Source of the DNA: Cenococcum geophilum
Lineage: Eukaryota
Direction of reading: 5' to 3'
DNA length: 64,000 bases
Assembly (NCBI GenBank): GCA_050273025.1
Contig: CP158636.1
Coordinates: 11,036,001 to 11,100,000 of the forward strand
Shown: in pieces, positions 1 to 13,398 of the stretch
Numbering within the stretch: the first letter of the stretch is position 1
Layout of the letters: every line of letters starts with the position of its first letter
Notes under the pieces: model-generated
Told to the model about the DNA's origin: nothing
Seen by the model: only the letters and a program-made list of their open reading frames with translations
Database searches by the model: none
Program-made: the position numbers and the translations under genes

Positions 1-398
1 AAAGCTCTGCATGAAGCTCCGCACGAAGCCCTGCTCGAAGCTCCGCACGAAGCCCTGCTCGAAGCTCCGCACGAAGCCCTGCTCGAGGCTCCGCTCGAAG
101 CTCTGCTCGAAGCTCTGCTCGAAGCCCTGCTCGAAGCCCTGCTCGAAGCTCCTCGAAGCCCTGTTCGAAGCTCTGCTCGAAGCCCTGCTCGAAGCTCTGC
201 TCGAAGCTCCTCGAAGCCCTGTTCGAAGCTCTGCTCGAAGCCCTGCTCGAAGCTCTGCTCGAAGCTCCTCGAAGCCCTGTTCGAAGCTCTGCTCGAAGCC
301 CTGCTCGAAGCTCTGCTCGAAGCCCGCTCGAAGCTCTGCTCGAAGCCCGCTCGAAGCTCTGCTCGAAGCCCTGCTCGAAGCTCTACTCAAAGCCCTAT
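1..398. repeat. 12-bp-unit minisatellite (GAAGC[T/C]CTGCTC), about 30 units, open at the window edge
   Basis: Directly visible tandem units gaagctctgctc/gaagccctgctc with occasional 9-bp variants. Confidence 0.95.
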
Positions 399-685
399 TG
401 TCAATTCCCATTACAAAATACTGACTGAGTGGCGTTGTCGACAGTGGCAATTACAAATCGTAGTCGTCAGCTCTATTGTTATCAGCGTTTCGCCACCTAC
501 CTCATGTATATATAGTCTCTTTTCTTCACCTATATAGAGCTCTAAAGCTCTACTAACACGCAGCACTAATGTAAGCTTTGCAGTGTGGGAGAATTGAGTG
601 AACGACTTGATTGTAAATGGAGGTCTAAAGGGCCTATATATATACATGAGGAAGGTATAGATAATGAGATAAGAAAGGGTCAATT

Positions 686-790
686 GACCGAGTCATCGAC
701 CGAGTCAGTGGTCGAGTCGGTGGCTCGAGTCGGTGAACGAGTCAAGGTGAGCGAGTCGTTGAGTGAGTCAAGGGTAGGCTCAACAGAGCA
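686..790. repeat. Degenerate 12-bp-period array built on a GAGTC core
   Basis: gagtc recurs mostly every 12 nt. Confidence 0.7.
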
Positions 791-825
791 CCAGTAGTCG
801 GTTACAACTAATATACTAGGAAGGT

Positions 826-1190
826 TCTACAATCGCCCGTACAAACGCCCATACAATTAATTGATCAATTGCCCATACAATCATCTCTACAAACGTCTCT
901 GCAATTGATCGCCCGTACAAACGTCTGCACGTCTGCACAGCTACACGTCTGCACAGCTACACGTCTGCACGCCTGCACGTGGCTCTGCACGAATCTCTAT
1001 ACGGAGCTCTGCTAAGGCTCCGCTAAGGCTCTGCTAAGGCTCTGCTAAGGCTCTACACGAAGCTCTACACGAAGCTCTGCACAAAGCTCTGCACAAAGCT
1101 CTGCACAAAGCTCTGCACAAAGCTCTGCACGAAGCTCTGTACGAAGCTCTACAGGCTCTGCATGAAGCTTTACTAAGGCTCTGCACGAGG
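826..1190. repeat. Composite minisatellite (tacaaacgccc / acgtctgcac / ctctgctaagg / ctctgcacaaag units)
   Basis: Visible tandem units of 8-12 bp; last block related to the 1-398 array. Confidence 0.85.
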
Positions 1191-1399
1191 TTCTACCCCC
1201 TAGTAGTAGTGGAGGCACTCCAGGCCAAGGGGATATTTTTAAGAAGGACCTAACTATAGCACCTACTAAGTGTTGCAATGGCTTTGAGTAGTAGATGTCT
1301 ATATATCTGTATAGTTTTATCTATATTAGCAGACTATTTAATAAGATACAATATGTGCTTATGCTTTTAATACGCGTTTTTTAACTTTGACGAAATTAA

Positions 1400-1836
1400 T
1401 GTCAGGACTAAGCAATAGCCGTATTATAAAATTCGTACTATTTAGAAGCCCTAGTTCTTAAAAATATTGTATTAACTTTTGGTAATAATAACGCGTTGTG
1501 TAAATAAATGAATTGGATATCCGCAATATCCGTTTTACGGATTTTGCTTATGCTTTTAACAAAACTCGCCAAAGCCTCTCAGACGGATTTTGCAATTCGG
1601 AAGACGGCGTAGGTTATTCCGATGCTAGCTAAAAAATCGCGTCTGAGCTCGCTGAGGTAAGGTCTGAGGGACTTTCGCAAGGTTTCTTAGGCGATCCGAC
1701 TTGGTTTGTATGTAGAGCAGTCACCTTCTTCAACGAAATTGACCTACGCCCCCACAACAGCTATCATCTCAGAAATACCGTTAAATTGATCAGCAGAAGC
1801 AGCTCTATAATCGATGAACTTTTGGGCCTTGTATAT
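1400..1836 (-). pseudogene. RIP-degraded ORF of unknown function
   Basis: Minus frame reads YKAQKFIDYRAASADQFNGISEMIAVVGA*VNFVEEGDCSTYKPSRIA*ETLRKSLRPYLSELRRDFLASIG...; the few stops are all RIP-type. Confidence 0.45.
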
Positions 1837-2010
1837 ACACCCGTTGCGACGTCTGTTGCGACGTTCGTTGCGACTCGCGTTGCCTAAATTTGTATAGGGA
1901 TATATATGATCTTTAATAAAACTAATAAAGCTACCTACGTAAGGTCTAGGGCTGCATATAGGCTTAAAATAATCGTAAGAACCAGCTCTATAATAAACTA
2001 ATTTTTAGGC

Positions 2011-2253
2011 TGTTGGCCACTGAGGTAGCTTTACTGCAGAGGTGCGATGGGTGCTTTTCGACATCAGTATCAGCCGGTATCAGTCTAGTTTCGACCTGTA
2101 TCATCACTCTCTGGGGACCCCTGTAGGGGGTCAATTTCTTATGTATATTAGGGCTCTTAGAGCCACCTTAAATAAAACAGATCGCTTGTTCATTCTGTGT
2201 CTCTACCTATTAGCTAGCTTATGCCACGACTTGTAGTACCTTTCTAGCTGACA
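2011..2253 (+). repeat. 5' LTR of Copia X
   Basis: tgttggcc...gctgaca, followed by a copia-type PBS at 2254-2264; no partner LTR to confirm the boundaries. Confidence 0.7.
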
Positions 2254-4525
2254 GTTATGAGCCCGGTAGCCTTCTAAGCACTAGGGAGATCTCGTTAGTG
2301 GCCAGACAAATACCACTAAGCTGCTTTGGGCATAGTTCGTCACGAAATATCGCGTCCTTTACGCGCAAACGCGTCTCTTTACGTACACGCGTCTCTTACG
2401 CAAAATACCTCTCTTAAACCTCGAGACAAAAGCCACTATAATACCTATAACTACTGATTCTACTAATCCTCTTTTACTAACCTAAAAAGACTGGCCTTTA
2501 TGGTTTTAATTTATCTATTAAGAAGTAAGCTTTGTAAAGATCTAGGACTATATAGATCTAGATAAGGCGGAGAATAAAATTAAAGAAAACACTAAGTTAG
2601 ATATACTTTCGATAACTGCAATACCAGCAGCAGCTCTAATAGATCTAGCAGTAACTCTAATAGCAGCTCCTGTAGCAACTCTAATATCTACTAAAATAGC
2701 TATACCTACTTTATTAAATTAGCAAAATAACTAATAAACTTAGCAATCTGTAGAGATATAGAGAATGCTTTTTTAGCTCTATAAACTTTAACAATAAGAC
2801 TACCTAAAGCGGGAAGAGAAGCTTTATACGTTTATAGCACTCTTACATACTACCGTAGGCACTAACTTCTCTAGATATCTTAAAAACCTTACTATACTAT
2901 ATTTAATTCTAAGATAGCTAAAGAAAGTAGTAAAGCCGTCTTAAGCTATGCTATAGCAAATAGTACTAGACGATCTTAAGAAACGGAAACAAGGGCCTAA
3001 ACGTCAGACTTTAGAATTTTGGCTTTAGCTCTATATTACTATTATATAAAATGGCGAAGAGCTAAAGGAAGGGTTAATTAAGGCCACCAAAAGCAGCGTA
3101 GTACGAGCCTTTATCTAGGACTATAAGGAGATCTATCTAGCTCTATATTATACCTTTATCTAAAAGGTAGCGAAGAGATTAGAGAAGCTTAAAATGGCGA
3201 TAATAATTAAGGAATTTAATCTGCTCTACAAACATCCGAGTACTAGACGAAACGCCTATACTATACTCTCTAAGCAGCTATCTATAGATCTAACGATATC
3301 TTCTATCTTAGCATCTTCTTAATTACCTAAGATAAAGTATTTAGCTTATGGTTTAATCCACAAGTTAAAGAACTATAAGTAATTATTTTAGCCTCTTTAA
3401 GGTCCGAACTTTATACCAAATAATAAGTGTTTAAGGAATTGTTAAGAATGGCTTAAGGTCCTAATAAATAAGTAGTATTATGACAAAAGGCTTAAGCAGA
3501 TCGAGAGGGAAGGTCCTAAGTTAAGGACGTCTCTATTAGCTTTGTCTACTGCGGAAAAAATTAAGGATCTGGAAAGGCCTTATACTACAGCGGCTGCTAT
3601 AACTACATCCTTTTTATCGTTATTATTATTACAGGATTATCCTAATTTATCTTTAATAAATGCCTAGGGGTACGACACTATGGCAGACATCCACTTCTGT
3701 AACAACATTAGATACTTCCGCAATTTTAAACCAAGTATGTCTATAGCAATAGCTAGAGATGCTAGGGCAGAAATCTATAGATATGGTAATATTAACTTAG
3801 CTATTAAGGTGGGCAAATAACGTCTAACTTAGTATCTGACATTAAGGAACGTTGCCTATGCTCTCTATTTTTATACTAATTTAGTATCCGTAGCAAAGCT
3901 CTAAAAGATTGGGATAATTATTAACTAATCTACGAATTACCTACGCTATAAAGATGACAGAAGCCTATTTGCCAACCTTATAGAATACGGAGGTCTTTGC
4001 CTTATTAACGCCATTACTAGCTTACTATCTACTCCTACCGCCTACGCTATATTCATAAGATTCTTTAAGACCTTAGTATATAACAAAGTATGGCATTAAC
4101 GCTTATTATACTGCGATATAAAATTAGTGGATTATCTGCCAACTGCAGCTAATAGGGTTAAAGTAGTCAAAATAGATAGAGAAAGGACCTTATACGATGT
4201 ACTACTTTATAAACTATATATTCTAGGAAAGATAACTTAGTAAATATCTTGCAGGGAATTAGTAAAAGGAATATACCCCTTTAAATGTATTTACTTTAAT
4301 ATTATTATAGAAGAAGACGGGTTTAATAGAGATACGTATATAGCTTACTTTTGGTATAACTATATAAAGTACTATTATACTTTCCCTATTAAGAACCATA
4401 AGCAAAAAACGTTAATCCTACTCTTTAAATCTATAATAGCATTTGCAAAGAAATTTGATGCTTAAGGTATCTGTATTTAGTATATAGATAAAGAGTAAGG
4501 AGTAGGCAACAAAGTAAAGAATCTT

Positions 4526-4946
4526 TGTTACGGACCTTATATTATAGATGTCACAACTACTAAGAGCGGAGCTCGAAGAGTTGGTAGGCGTAGCCTGTGC
4601 CACAATGGAGCCTATTAAGCCATGTGACGAAGAATGGTAAGCGAGGCCACATAATGGAAACTTAGTACGTGAGTACGTGAGTACGTGGGAACGCGACGTA
4701 CTAACATACCAACGTACCGACGTAGCGAAGGGATTTCTTAGGAGTACGGTTGTGTATTTAAAGGACCATAGTCCCTACCTAGATAGTTCTCTCTTCGTAG
4801 TAAATCTTAGAATATAATTAAAGCTATCTGTTAGGTATATACTCTATAGTTATTATTTAGTAACCTTTATCTCTTTCTCTGTTTTACCTATATACCTAGC
4901 CTGATTAGGGATACACCGGCAGTACCTACTACCTATATCCGTGACA
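4526..4946 (+). repeat. 5' LTR of A (421 bp)
   Basis: tgttacgg...ccgtgaca, matches 17835-18255. Confidence 0.95.
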
Positions 4947-7338
4947 TATTTACTACCTAGTTACGGTTTATAAAGCAGATTAAAGGAAGATCTAACACTA
5001 TAGGTAACCCACGAGCCACGGCATTATCTTCAAGGAGGACTACTTTAGGTAACAATATTAATACAAGCGGTTCTACTAACTCGTAGGTAGTTACGATAAA
5101 ATAGCTCTAAAATTATATAGATTAGTTTATAGCGAACGGGATAGCAATAGAAGAAAAGATTAATGGCATAAGAGCTACGAAGATTAAGATACTATTAATT
5201 AAGAGGTTTAGTAGCGAAAAGATTAAGCTTAAGGGATTTTTAACCTAGATAAAGCTTAAGGTTAGACACAAAGGTATAAGGCTACCGTTAGTGGCGGACC
5301 AAGTGGCGTATATAGGATTGTTCCTAACAGGACGCGCGCTCGAGTAGTTTAAACCCTACTTAATAGAATACGAAGCTAACGAGCTATTAACGATTAATTA
5401 AGAAATACGATATATATTTTCTAGTTAGGAAGGATTTATAAGCCGGCTTACCTAGATATATAGGGATCTAGAGGTAGAGGCTATAGTGGAAAGAAAGCTA
5501 AGGGATCTTACCTAATAAGGATCTATAATAGAATATACTACTTAGTTCTAGACTTATATAACATAAACCAAGTAGAATAAGAAGGCGCTAATAGTATAGT
5601 ATTGACAAGGATTAAAGCAAAAAGTGCAAACTATAATAATACCTATAGAATATAGCGACGCTAATCAAGTAAGCGATTAAAGTGGATAACAGAATCTACG
5701 AAAGCGAAAGAGCTAGACGGGGATTAAATAGATTACCTTAGTCGTATAAGGCGTAGCAAACGTAACAACAAAACTCAAAACTATAGTATAGCGGACTAGA
5801 GCTAATAGACCTTAACGGTACTAAAGAATCTAGAAGAGATTAGAATAAGAGACTATAGAAGCTAAGATAGTAAAAGTTAAATAAGTAAAATTCGAAGGAG
5901 TAGAGGCCAAACTAAGGATCTTAGAGAGGAAAGCCGTTTAAGCGGACTCTATAACAGTAACAATAGTTTAAAGACAAAGCTTATATAAATTATAATAAAA
6001 AAGGATATTATATAAAAGAGTATAGAGGTTAGGCGTTTAAGGGCACTGGTAAACCGAGAGACGAAAATCTAAAAGGAATGCAGGAGTATACGAAGATACA
6101 CTTTACCGCTTACTATAATAACTATTACTAAATTCATAAAGATACTAAGCATAGCGTAAGCTACTAGCTATAAGAGAAGGCTAGAGAAACCAACGAACCT
6201 AATAAAGAATAATTCGACAAACTAGACGAGGATATTATAGCAATAGCGAGCTAGAAGTTAATAGATATATTTATATTATAGAAAACCTTAGTAGCGGAAG
6301 AGCTACGCATAGGAGGCTATTATTAGACTAGCACTAAGGACAGAGATCTCTACGAATTCGATCTAGAGAAAGGAGAGACCTTTAGCGATACAGAAGAAAC
6401 GAGAGCTAGATATTACGCGGCATAAGCTAAAATAGCGGCATATAGGTCCTAGAGGATATAAACAATCCTAGAGGCACCTAAGACCTAAATCCTAAAAGAG
6501 GATTTCGGAGCATTAGAGGTAGAAACTAAAATAGTTATAGAGGACGAATTAGTAATAGGAATCGAGACCCTATTAGATACGGCATCTATTACCTTATAAA
6601 GTAAATAGAAGAGTAAGTAAGGCACTATCTTAGCACCTATTAATAAAGGTAAGAAGTCTATAAAGGTCAAATAAAAAAATATATTAGTAGAGAAGTAGCT
6701 AGACATATTAACTACAGAAGTTAAGAAGTAACTAGGTTACAAGATTAAAGGGAAGTAAAAAACTCGGCCTAAAGGATTTAAGTATAATATTAGACAACTA
6801 CTAGAAGAAGACTAGATAGGATTTAATAAATAAATTAGGGTATAGTAAACTAAAAGGGGTTATCTAAGTCTTAAGAGGAATCGAAGATCCATTAAAAAGG
6901 CTATAGAAAGGCCTAGGCTAGGTATACTAAGAGAAATAGCTAATCGAATTTAAAGACGAGGAACGTAACAACGTTATCCTAAGATTTAGAAAGAGATATA
7001 CGAAAGGTTACTAGGAAGCAGTAATAAAACAATATTTTATTATAGATAGGTCGTATTTAATTACCTGGCTATACCAAAAGTGGTACCGTTAAAGAGAAAG
7101 CGATAATTAGGAAGATTTCTATAAATAGTTAGATTAATAAGTAATACTAAAATAAGCTATTATGGAAAGATAAATAATCTTTACCAAAGGAGCATTAATC
7201 TCGATAGTAAAGAACCTTAAAGAGAGGTCGAAAGACTAGAGAAGTAACTAGATAATTAAGGTACCGGCACGAGAAACGTCTATAGCCTAGACTAAAAATT
7301 ATAAATTCGAAACTAGAAAGGGGGATAAACTAAAAATC

Positions 7339-7617
7339 TGTAACGGTGCTAGAGCGCGTCACCTGCTAAATTCTGCCAAATTCTGCCATATTCTGCCACC
7401 TGGCATACTATTTAGTACTATTTAATACTATCTAGTACTGTTTCTTACTATTTACTCACCTACTATTAGCTTGTCTACTGTTAGCGCCTTAGCGGCCCGC
7501 GCTACCTATTTGTTTATATAAGCCCTTATGGCTACCTTTCCTCCTCCTTAGCTTAGTATCTTTATTAGATAGCAATCCATAAGCTTTGGTTTAGAGGCAT
7601 TTATGCGAGCCGTTATA
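7339..7617 (+). repeat. 5' LTR of B (279 bp)
   Basis: Matches 13120-13398. Confidence 0.95.
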
Positions 7618-10600
7618 TTATACTAAGCTCTCCCTATACTGCCTAGGAAGGCCTTAATAATATCCTACCCTAAAAGAAGACCTTCGTTTGCAACAATGTG
7701 TTAATGCGTTATACTTAGATACTAAGAAACTTATACTACCACGCCTAGGAAGGCCCTAATAATATCCTATTTTTTAGAGGCCAGATTATACTTAACCTAT
7801 ACCCCTAGAAGAACCCCAGAATTAAAACTAAATCATATAATTCTAATAATCCTTAGGAAGCTAATAATGGCACCTAAAGTAAGCTCGTTTAAAAGACCTA
7901 TCTTTACCTAAGAGGAACATAAGATCTAGTTGGGATTAGAAATTAAAGACAATAACGACGTTATAAATATATATGAGCAGATTTGTGCCCTTACAGCTAA
8001 TTAGAAGGTTAATTGCCTTTAAGCCTAAAGTATATAAGAGACTTTAAAGGAGATCCTGGAAAGCCTTACTGCCTTATAAAATAGCCTAGTCTCCACTTTA
8101 TAAAGCCTTAGCTAACCCATTTACTTAACTAAATAAAATATACTAGAAAGTACGGACACAATAACAAAACAATTAAAGTCTGTTAAGCTCCCTAACTTTT
8201 AACCGCTATCTAATAGGATAGACCTTACCTTTAAGAATTAGAGGATTTAAGTACAAGGAAAGCTCCGTGTTAACTATAATTATTTTACCTCTAAAGAAGC
8301 TAAAATGCTCTACCTCTTTGGTTAAACTATTAGGGATGCCTAGTAATACCTTTAGGCCAAGTTTAAGGACGAGTTACCTATTTAGTTTATATCTATTAAT
8401 AAGATAATATAGTATCTAGCTACTATTTATGTTAATCCAAATAAAGTACGGGATGCCCGTTATAACTATAACTGCCTAATAATAAAACCGAACTAATCCT
8501 TTACTAAGTTCTAGACCTAATTCTTATACCTAATAGGTAAAGGCTAGGTTCCCCTTAAGAACTACTATTTAGACCTATACAATAAACTAACCGTCTAACT
8601 ATAAGAGAAGATTGCGGTAGCCTTAGACGACCTATTAACCTACTAAAAACTTATAACCTAATGTTTGTTACTAGATTTAGAACTAAAATAAATTAATACT
8701 CGTTTTAATTAACTAAAGAGGTCCTATAATAACCGGAACCTATCCACTATACTAACGGGAGCTAGCGTTAGAAGATAAACTATAACTACACTTATACTAA
8801 AAGCGGTTATAACTACCTACCTATAAGCCCCGTCCGAATTGCTATATACTACACCTTTAGCTAATACTCGTTACAATACCCTAATTAACCCTACTATAGT
8901 TATGTGCTTTAATTATAGAAAGAATGGTTACTTTACCTCGTCCTGCCTAGAGCTAAAGGATATAAGTAATATTAAGGAGATAAAGGAAGAAGAAATGTCC
9001 GATAAGTTAGAAAAAGAAGAATCTTAGGAAAAGACTCCCCCCTAGGGTACCTTATTAATCTTAAGAAAATTAATCTAAGTTAGCTAATAGGTGGAAAACA
9101 CTTTATAGTTCTATATATAGTATCTTAAAATAGATATAGAGTTAATATAACTGCCCTTATTAACACTGGAGTAAATAGCTTTACCTTTATAAATACTGCT
9201 TATACAAATAACGTTGCTAGATTCTTAAATGTAAAAGCTACCTAACTAGAGAAGCCTATTTAAGTAAAAGGCTATAACGGCCAAGCTAGTAAGCCAGTTA
9301 CCTATATCTTAAAGCTATATATCGCTATTAATAGACGGCGCTAATTTAGTATCCCCTTCTATATCCTAGACCTAGGGTTCTATAATATAATCCTTAGCCA
9401 GAAATAAATATCCTACTTTAATATTTGGTTGAATATTTAATAAAGATAGTTTATTTAGCTAGAGAATAGACCAAAACTGCCTTCCTTTATTAGAGAAATT
9501 TGGACTAACCGTAAAACACTAGCTATAAGGGTTAACCCTATCTATTAGCAGGATGTTAGAGACCGCGACCTAGCCTTCGCCTAAGAAGATGCCTGCTATA
9601 AGGCCGGTAGGAACTCCGGACTAACGAAGATACTTTCCTAAAGCAATGCGTTTAAGAAGGACTCTATATATAGAAGTGGGACAGAAAGCGGCGTAGACAA
9701 CGTCTAAATTACGCAGATCCAACCAGTATAGAAAAGAACGTACTAATAGGACATAAGGGATAACCTCTAAAAAATGCGATAGGAGCTAAAGGAAGTAATA
9801 ACAACGCTAGTACCCCGGAAGCCCCTAGAGCCATATATACCCCTATTGTCTTATAACCCCCCTATAGTAAATATTGCGGCAATTAGTACTATAGGTTTAC
9901 ACTTTAATATGTATTAAAGAGATAATAAGGTCTTTATAACTAGCTTATATAAAATTAACTGGATTATTAATAAGAAGGAAGAGGGGCTAGTAGAGGAAAC
10001 TAACGAGGAGCTAGTTAAGCGCCTTCTCCCTACTTACCTTTTAGACTATAGAGACGCGTTCTTAAAAGCAGCTTTGGATATACTGCTCCCCTACTAAACC
10101 TATAATTATAAGATTTAGTTAAAAGCTAATAACTTACTAGGTTATAGCCCCCTCTACTAATAATTAATGGACAAGCTAAAAGTAATAAAGTAGTACTTAA
10201 TTAATAACCTTAATAAAGGGTTTATTAAGCCAAGTTAAGCCCCTTTTACTTCCCCTATCCTATTTATAAAAAGCCTAGTAGAGGTCTTTGTCTTTATATT
10301 AACTATTAAAAGCTAAATACTATTACTTAAAAGGATTAGTATCCTATTCCTTTAATTAATAAGACCCTTATATATCTAAGCTAGGCGAAGATCTTTACTA
10401 AACTTAATATCCGCTAAGCTTTCTACCAAATTAGGATAGACCCTATATTTGAGATTTAATAACATTCCATACCTATTATAGGTCCTATAAATATAAAGTT
10501 CTTCCATTTAGACTAACTAACGGACCGGCTATATACTAAAGGTATATAAATAACGTTCTTTTTAATTACCTTAATAAGTTCTACACGGTATACCTAGACA

Positions 10601-13119
10601 ACATTTTTATATACTTAGATAATAAACTTAAGCACTAAGTTTATATTAAAAAGGTTTTGGAGAGATTATAGAACGCGGGCTTATAAGTTAATATTAAGAA
10701 ATATAAATTTAGGGTAAAATATATAAAGTACCTTGGGTTTATAGTGAGTACGGATAGGATTAAAGTTAACCCTAAGAAGGTTAATGCAATCCGTAACTAA
10801 AAACCCCCTTATACTATAAAGGGAATCCAGTCCTTCCTTAGTTTTTATAATTTCTATTATTAATTTATCCACGACTACGGAGTTATAGTAAAGCCTCTTA
10901 TATAACTTACCCGGAAATATATACTTTTTATTTTTAACAATAACTATATAGAAGCCTTTAGAGAGTTAAAAGATCGGCTTATCTCTTCTTAAATCCTTTA
11001 TTACTATAACCCGGATCTTAAATTAATAATAGAGACGGACACTTTTAACGGAGTTATAGCGGGAATTTTGTTATAGTCACACCCAGACGGTAAATAGTAC
11101 CCTATTATTTTTTTCTTGGAAATAATAGACCTAGCTAAGTGTAACTATAAAGTACACAACAAAGAAATGCTAGCTAATATTTAATTATTATCCTAATAAC
11201 GCATAGAGCTGGAAGGCATAAACTCCCGGATTAAGATATATACGGATTATAAAGCCCTAGAGTACTTTATGACTATAAAGCAGCTTACTAGACGACAAGC
11301 CCACTAGGCTAAAATACTCTTTTAATTCTTCTTTACAATTATATATCGCTTTAGTAAGCAAAACTTTAAGGCTAATATATTAACCTAAAGGGAACAAGAT
11401 ATAGGACCTTAAAATGAGCTAAAGGCCTAATACCGGACGCGTGCCCTCCTCTATCCCGAATAGCTTAACCTATAAATCCTTAAGGAGCTAGGCTCTAAAC
11501 GGAACGATTTAGCACCTATAGAAGGAGAAGTCTTAGATAAACTAATAGGGCTAATTAATCGCATCCTAACTATAAACCGTACGGCTAACTCCCTAAAGGC
11601 CCTCCGCGACTAAGCTATAAAAGATAACCCTAATTTAGAAATAAAAGAGGGACTGCTCTTATACTAGGAACGGCTTACAGTTCTAAACGTTAATAACCTA
11701 TAGATAGAGCTAATTTATAAAGCCTACTGTTAAGTCTCTATAGCGTACCTTAGTTAAGACAAGACCTACTAACTACTAGCGCCCCATTATTACTAGCGAG
11801 GACTTCTACCTAATATGGTATAATTTATTAGGAACTGCTACGCCTATAGACGCGTAGATACCCCTAGGGATTGAACTCCTAGGTGGCTATAACCGCTGCC
11901 AGTTCTAGAACGCCCTTAGCAATATATTATAATGGACTTTAAGTTATTTCTAAAGGACGCCCACGGCCACAATGCGGCCTTTATAGTAATTAACCGATTA
12001 TATAAGTAATCTATTTCCCTCCTATGTTTTAAGACTATAACTATAAAAAATATAGCCCGCCTCTACGTCGATAACATCTATTAATTCTATAGTACCCCTA
12101 AAGTAATTATTTTTAACTGTGGTCCCTAGTTTATATTAGATTTCTAGAATAAATTCTACTATATCCTTAGGATTAAGATTAAGCTCTTTACTATATTCTA
12201 CCCTTAGACTAACGGTTAAACTAAGATTATAAACTAGTACCTTAACTAATAACTACGTCCCTTTATGGACTACTATTAGATTAACTGGTTGGAATTACTG
12301 CCTATAATAGACTACGTATAGCTTATACTCCCCTATAACAGTATAGGGATATCCCTATTTAAACTGCTCTATAGGTATATACCACGAATGTCCTTTAATT
12401 GGGATAGGCCTACTAAACCCACTACGGCCTGTAAACGCCTTAGTTATAAAGAGGCCCGGGCATTTACTAAGAGAATGCATAGAGCTTAGGAGACTGCTTA
12501 AACAATTATAAGAAAGGTGTAAGAGAGGAAAGAGTCTAATATAAACTAATATTATTATAAGGTAGACTTTTAAGTAGGAGATAAGGTATAGGTGTTAATA
12601 AAGAACTAGAAAACCTAGAGGCCGAGCTATAAGCTAGACCATTAAATAGCTAGCCTATATAAGACTCTTTAAAAGGTAGGATACTCTTTTAAGGTTAAGC
12701 TACTAGAATTAATAAAGATCTACCCCGTCTTCTCTCCGGACCGGCTATAAAAGAATATAAATAATCTACTACCTGGACAGTATAATAAACCCCTACCGCT
12801 AATCTAGATTATAGAGGATAAAAAATAGAAAGTTAAAGAAATCCTAGCAGTAAAAAAGGTCTGTAATGTCTTAAAATACCGCATAAGCTAGGTAGGCCAT
12901 AATAATAACCTAGAGTGGTACCCCGTATCTAATTTTAAGTACTCCCCCTATAAGTTACGGGACTTCTACCTAGCCTACCCTAACCTCCCTAGACCACTAC
13001 GTAAATTAGACAGCTGGGTTAAATGCTGGGAAGAAGGGTTAGATAATTATAACAATTTGGACAACAATAGGGAGCTTAGACAACGCCTAAGGGCGGGCTT
13101 TTTTAGGAGGGGGGGGTAA

Positions 13120-13398
13120 TATAACGGTGCTAGAGCGCGTCACCTGCCAAATTCTGCCAAATTCTACTATATTCTGCCACCTGGCATACTGTTTGGTACT
13201 ATCTAATACTGTCTAGTACTGTTTCTTACTATTTGCTCACCTACTATTGGCTAGTCTACTATTAGCGCCTTGGCGGCCCGCGCTACCTATTTGTTTATAT
13301 AAGCCCTCGCGGCCACCTTTCCTCCTCCTTAGCTTAGTATCTTTATTAGATAGCAATCCACAAGCTTTGGTTTAGAGGCATTTGTGTAAGCCGTTATA
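13120..13398 (+). repeat. 3' LTR of B (279 bp)
   Basis: Matches 7339-7617, preceded by a polypurine tract. Confidence 0.95.

Larger units (their letters stand above)
7339..13398 (+). mobile_element. Ty3/Gypsy chromovirus B, full length (6060 bp), RIP-inactivated, nested in A
   Basis: 279-bp LTRs; TSD AAATC at 7334-7338 and 13399-13403; gag CFNY(C)RKNGY(H)FTSSC ~8905; protease LIN(D)TG ~9157; RT YLDN(D) ~10591; chromodomain EVKEILAVK..KYRISWVG ~12830; PPT ggagggggggg. Confidence 0.95.

Noticed and set aside
11..424. 137-aa ORF (KPCSKLCS/LLEA repeats)
   Set aside because: Translation of a stop-free 12-bp minisatellite; no independent coding evidence.
1045..1278. ORF with AELC repeats
   Set aside because: Antisense reading of the ctctgcacaaag minisatellite.
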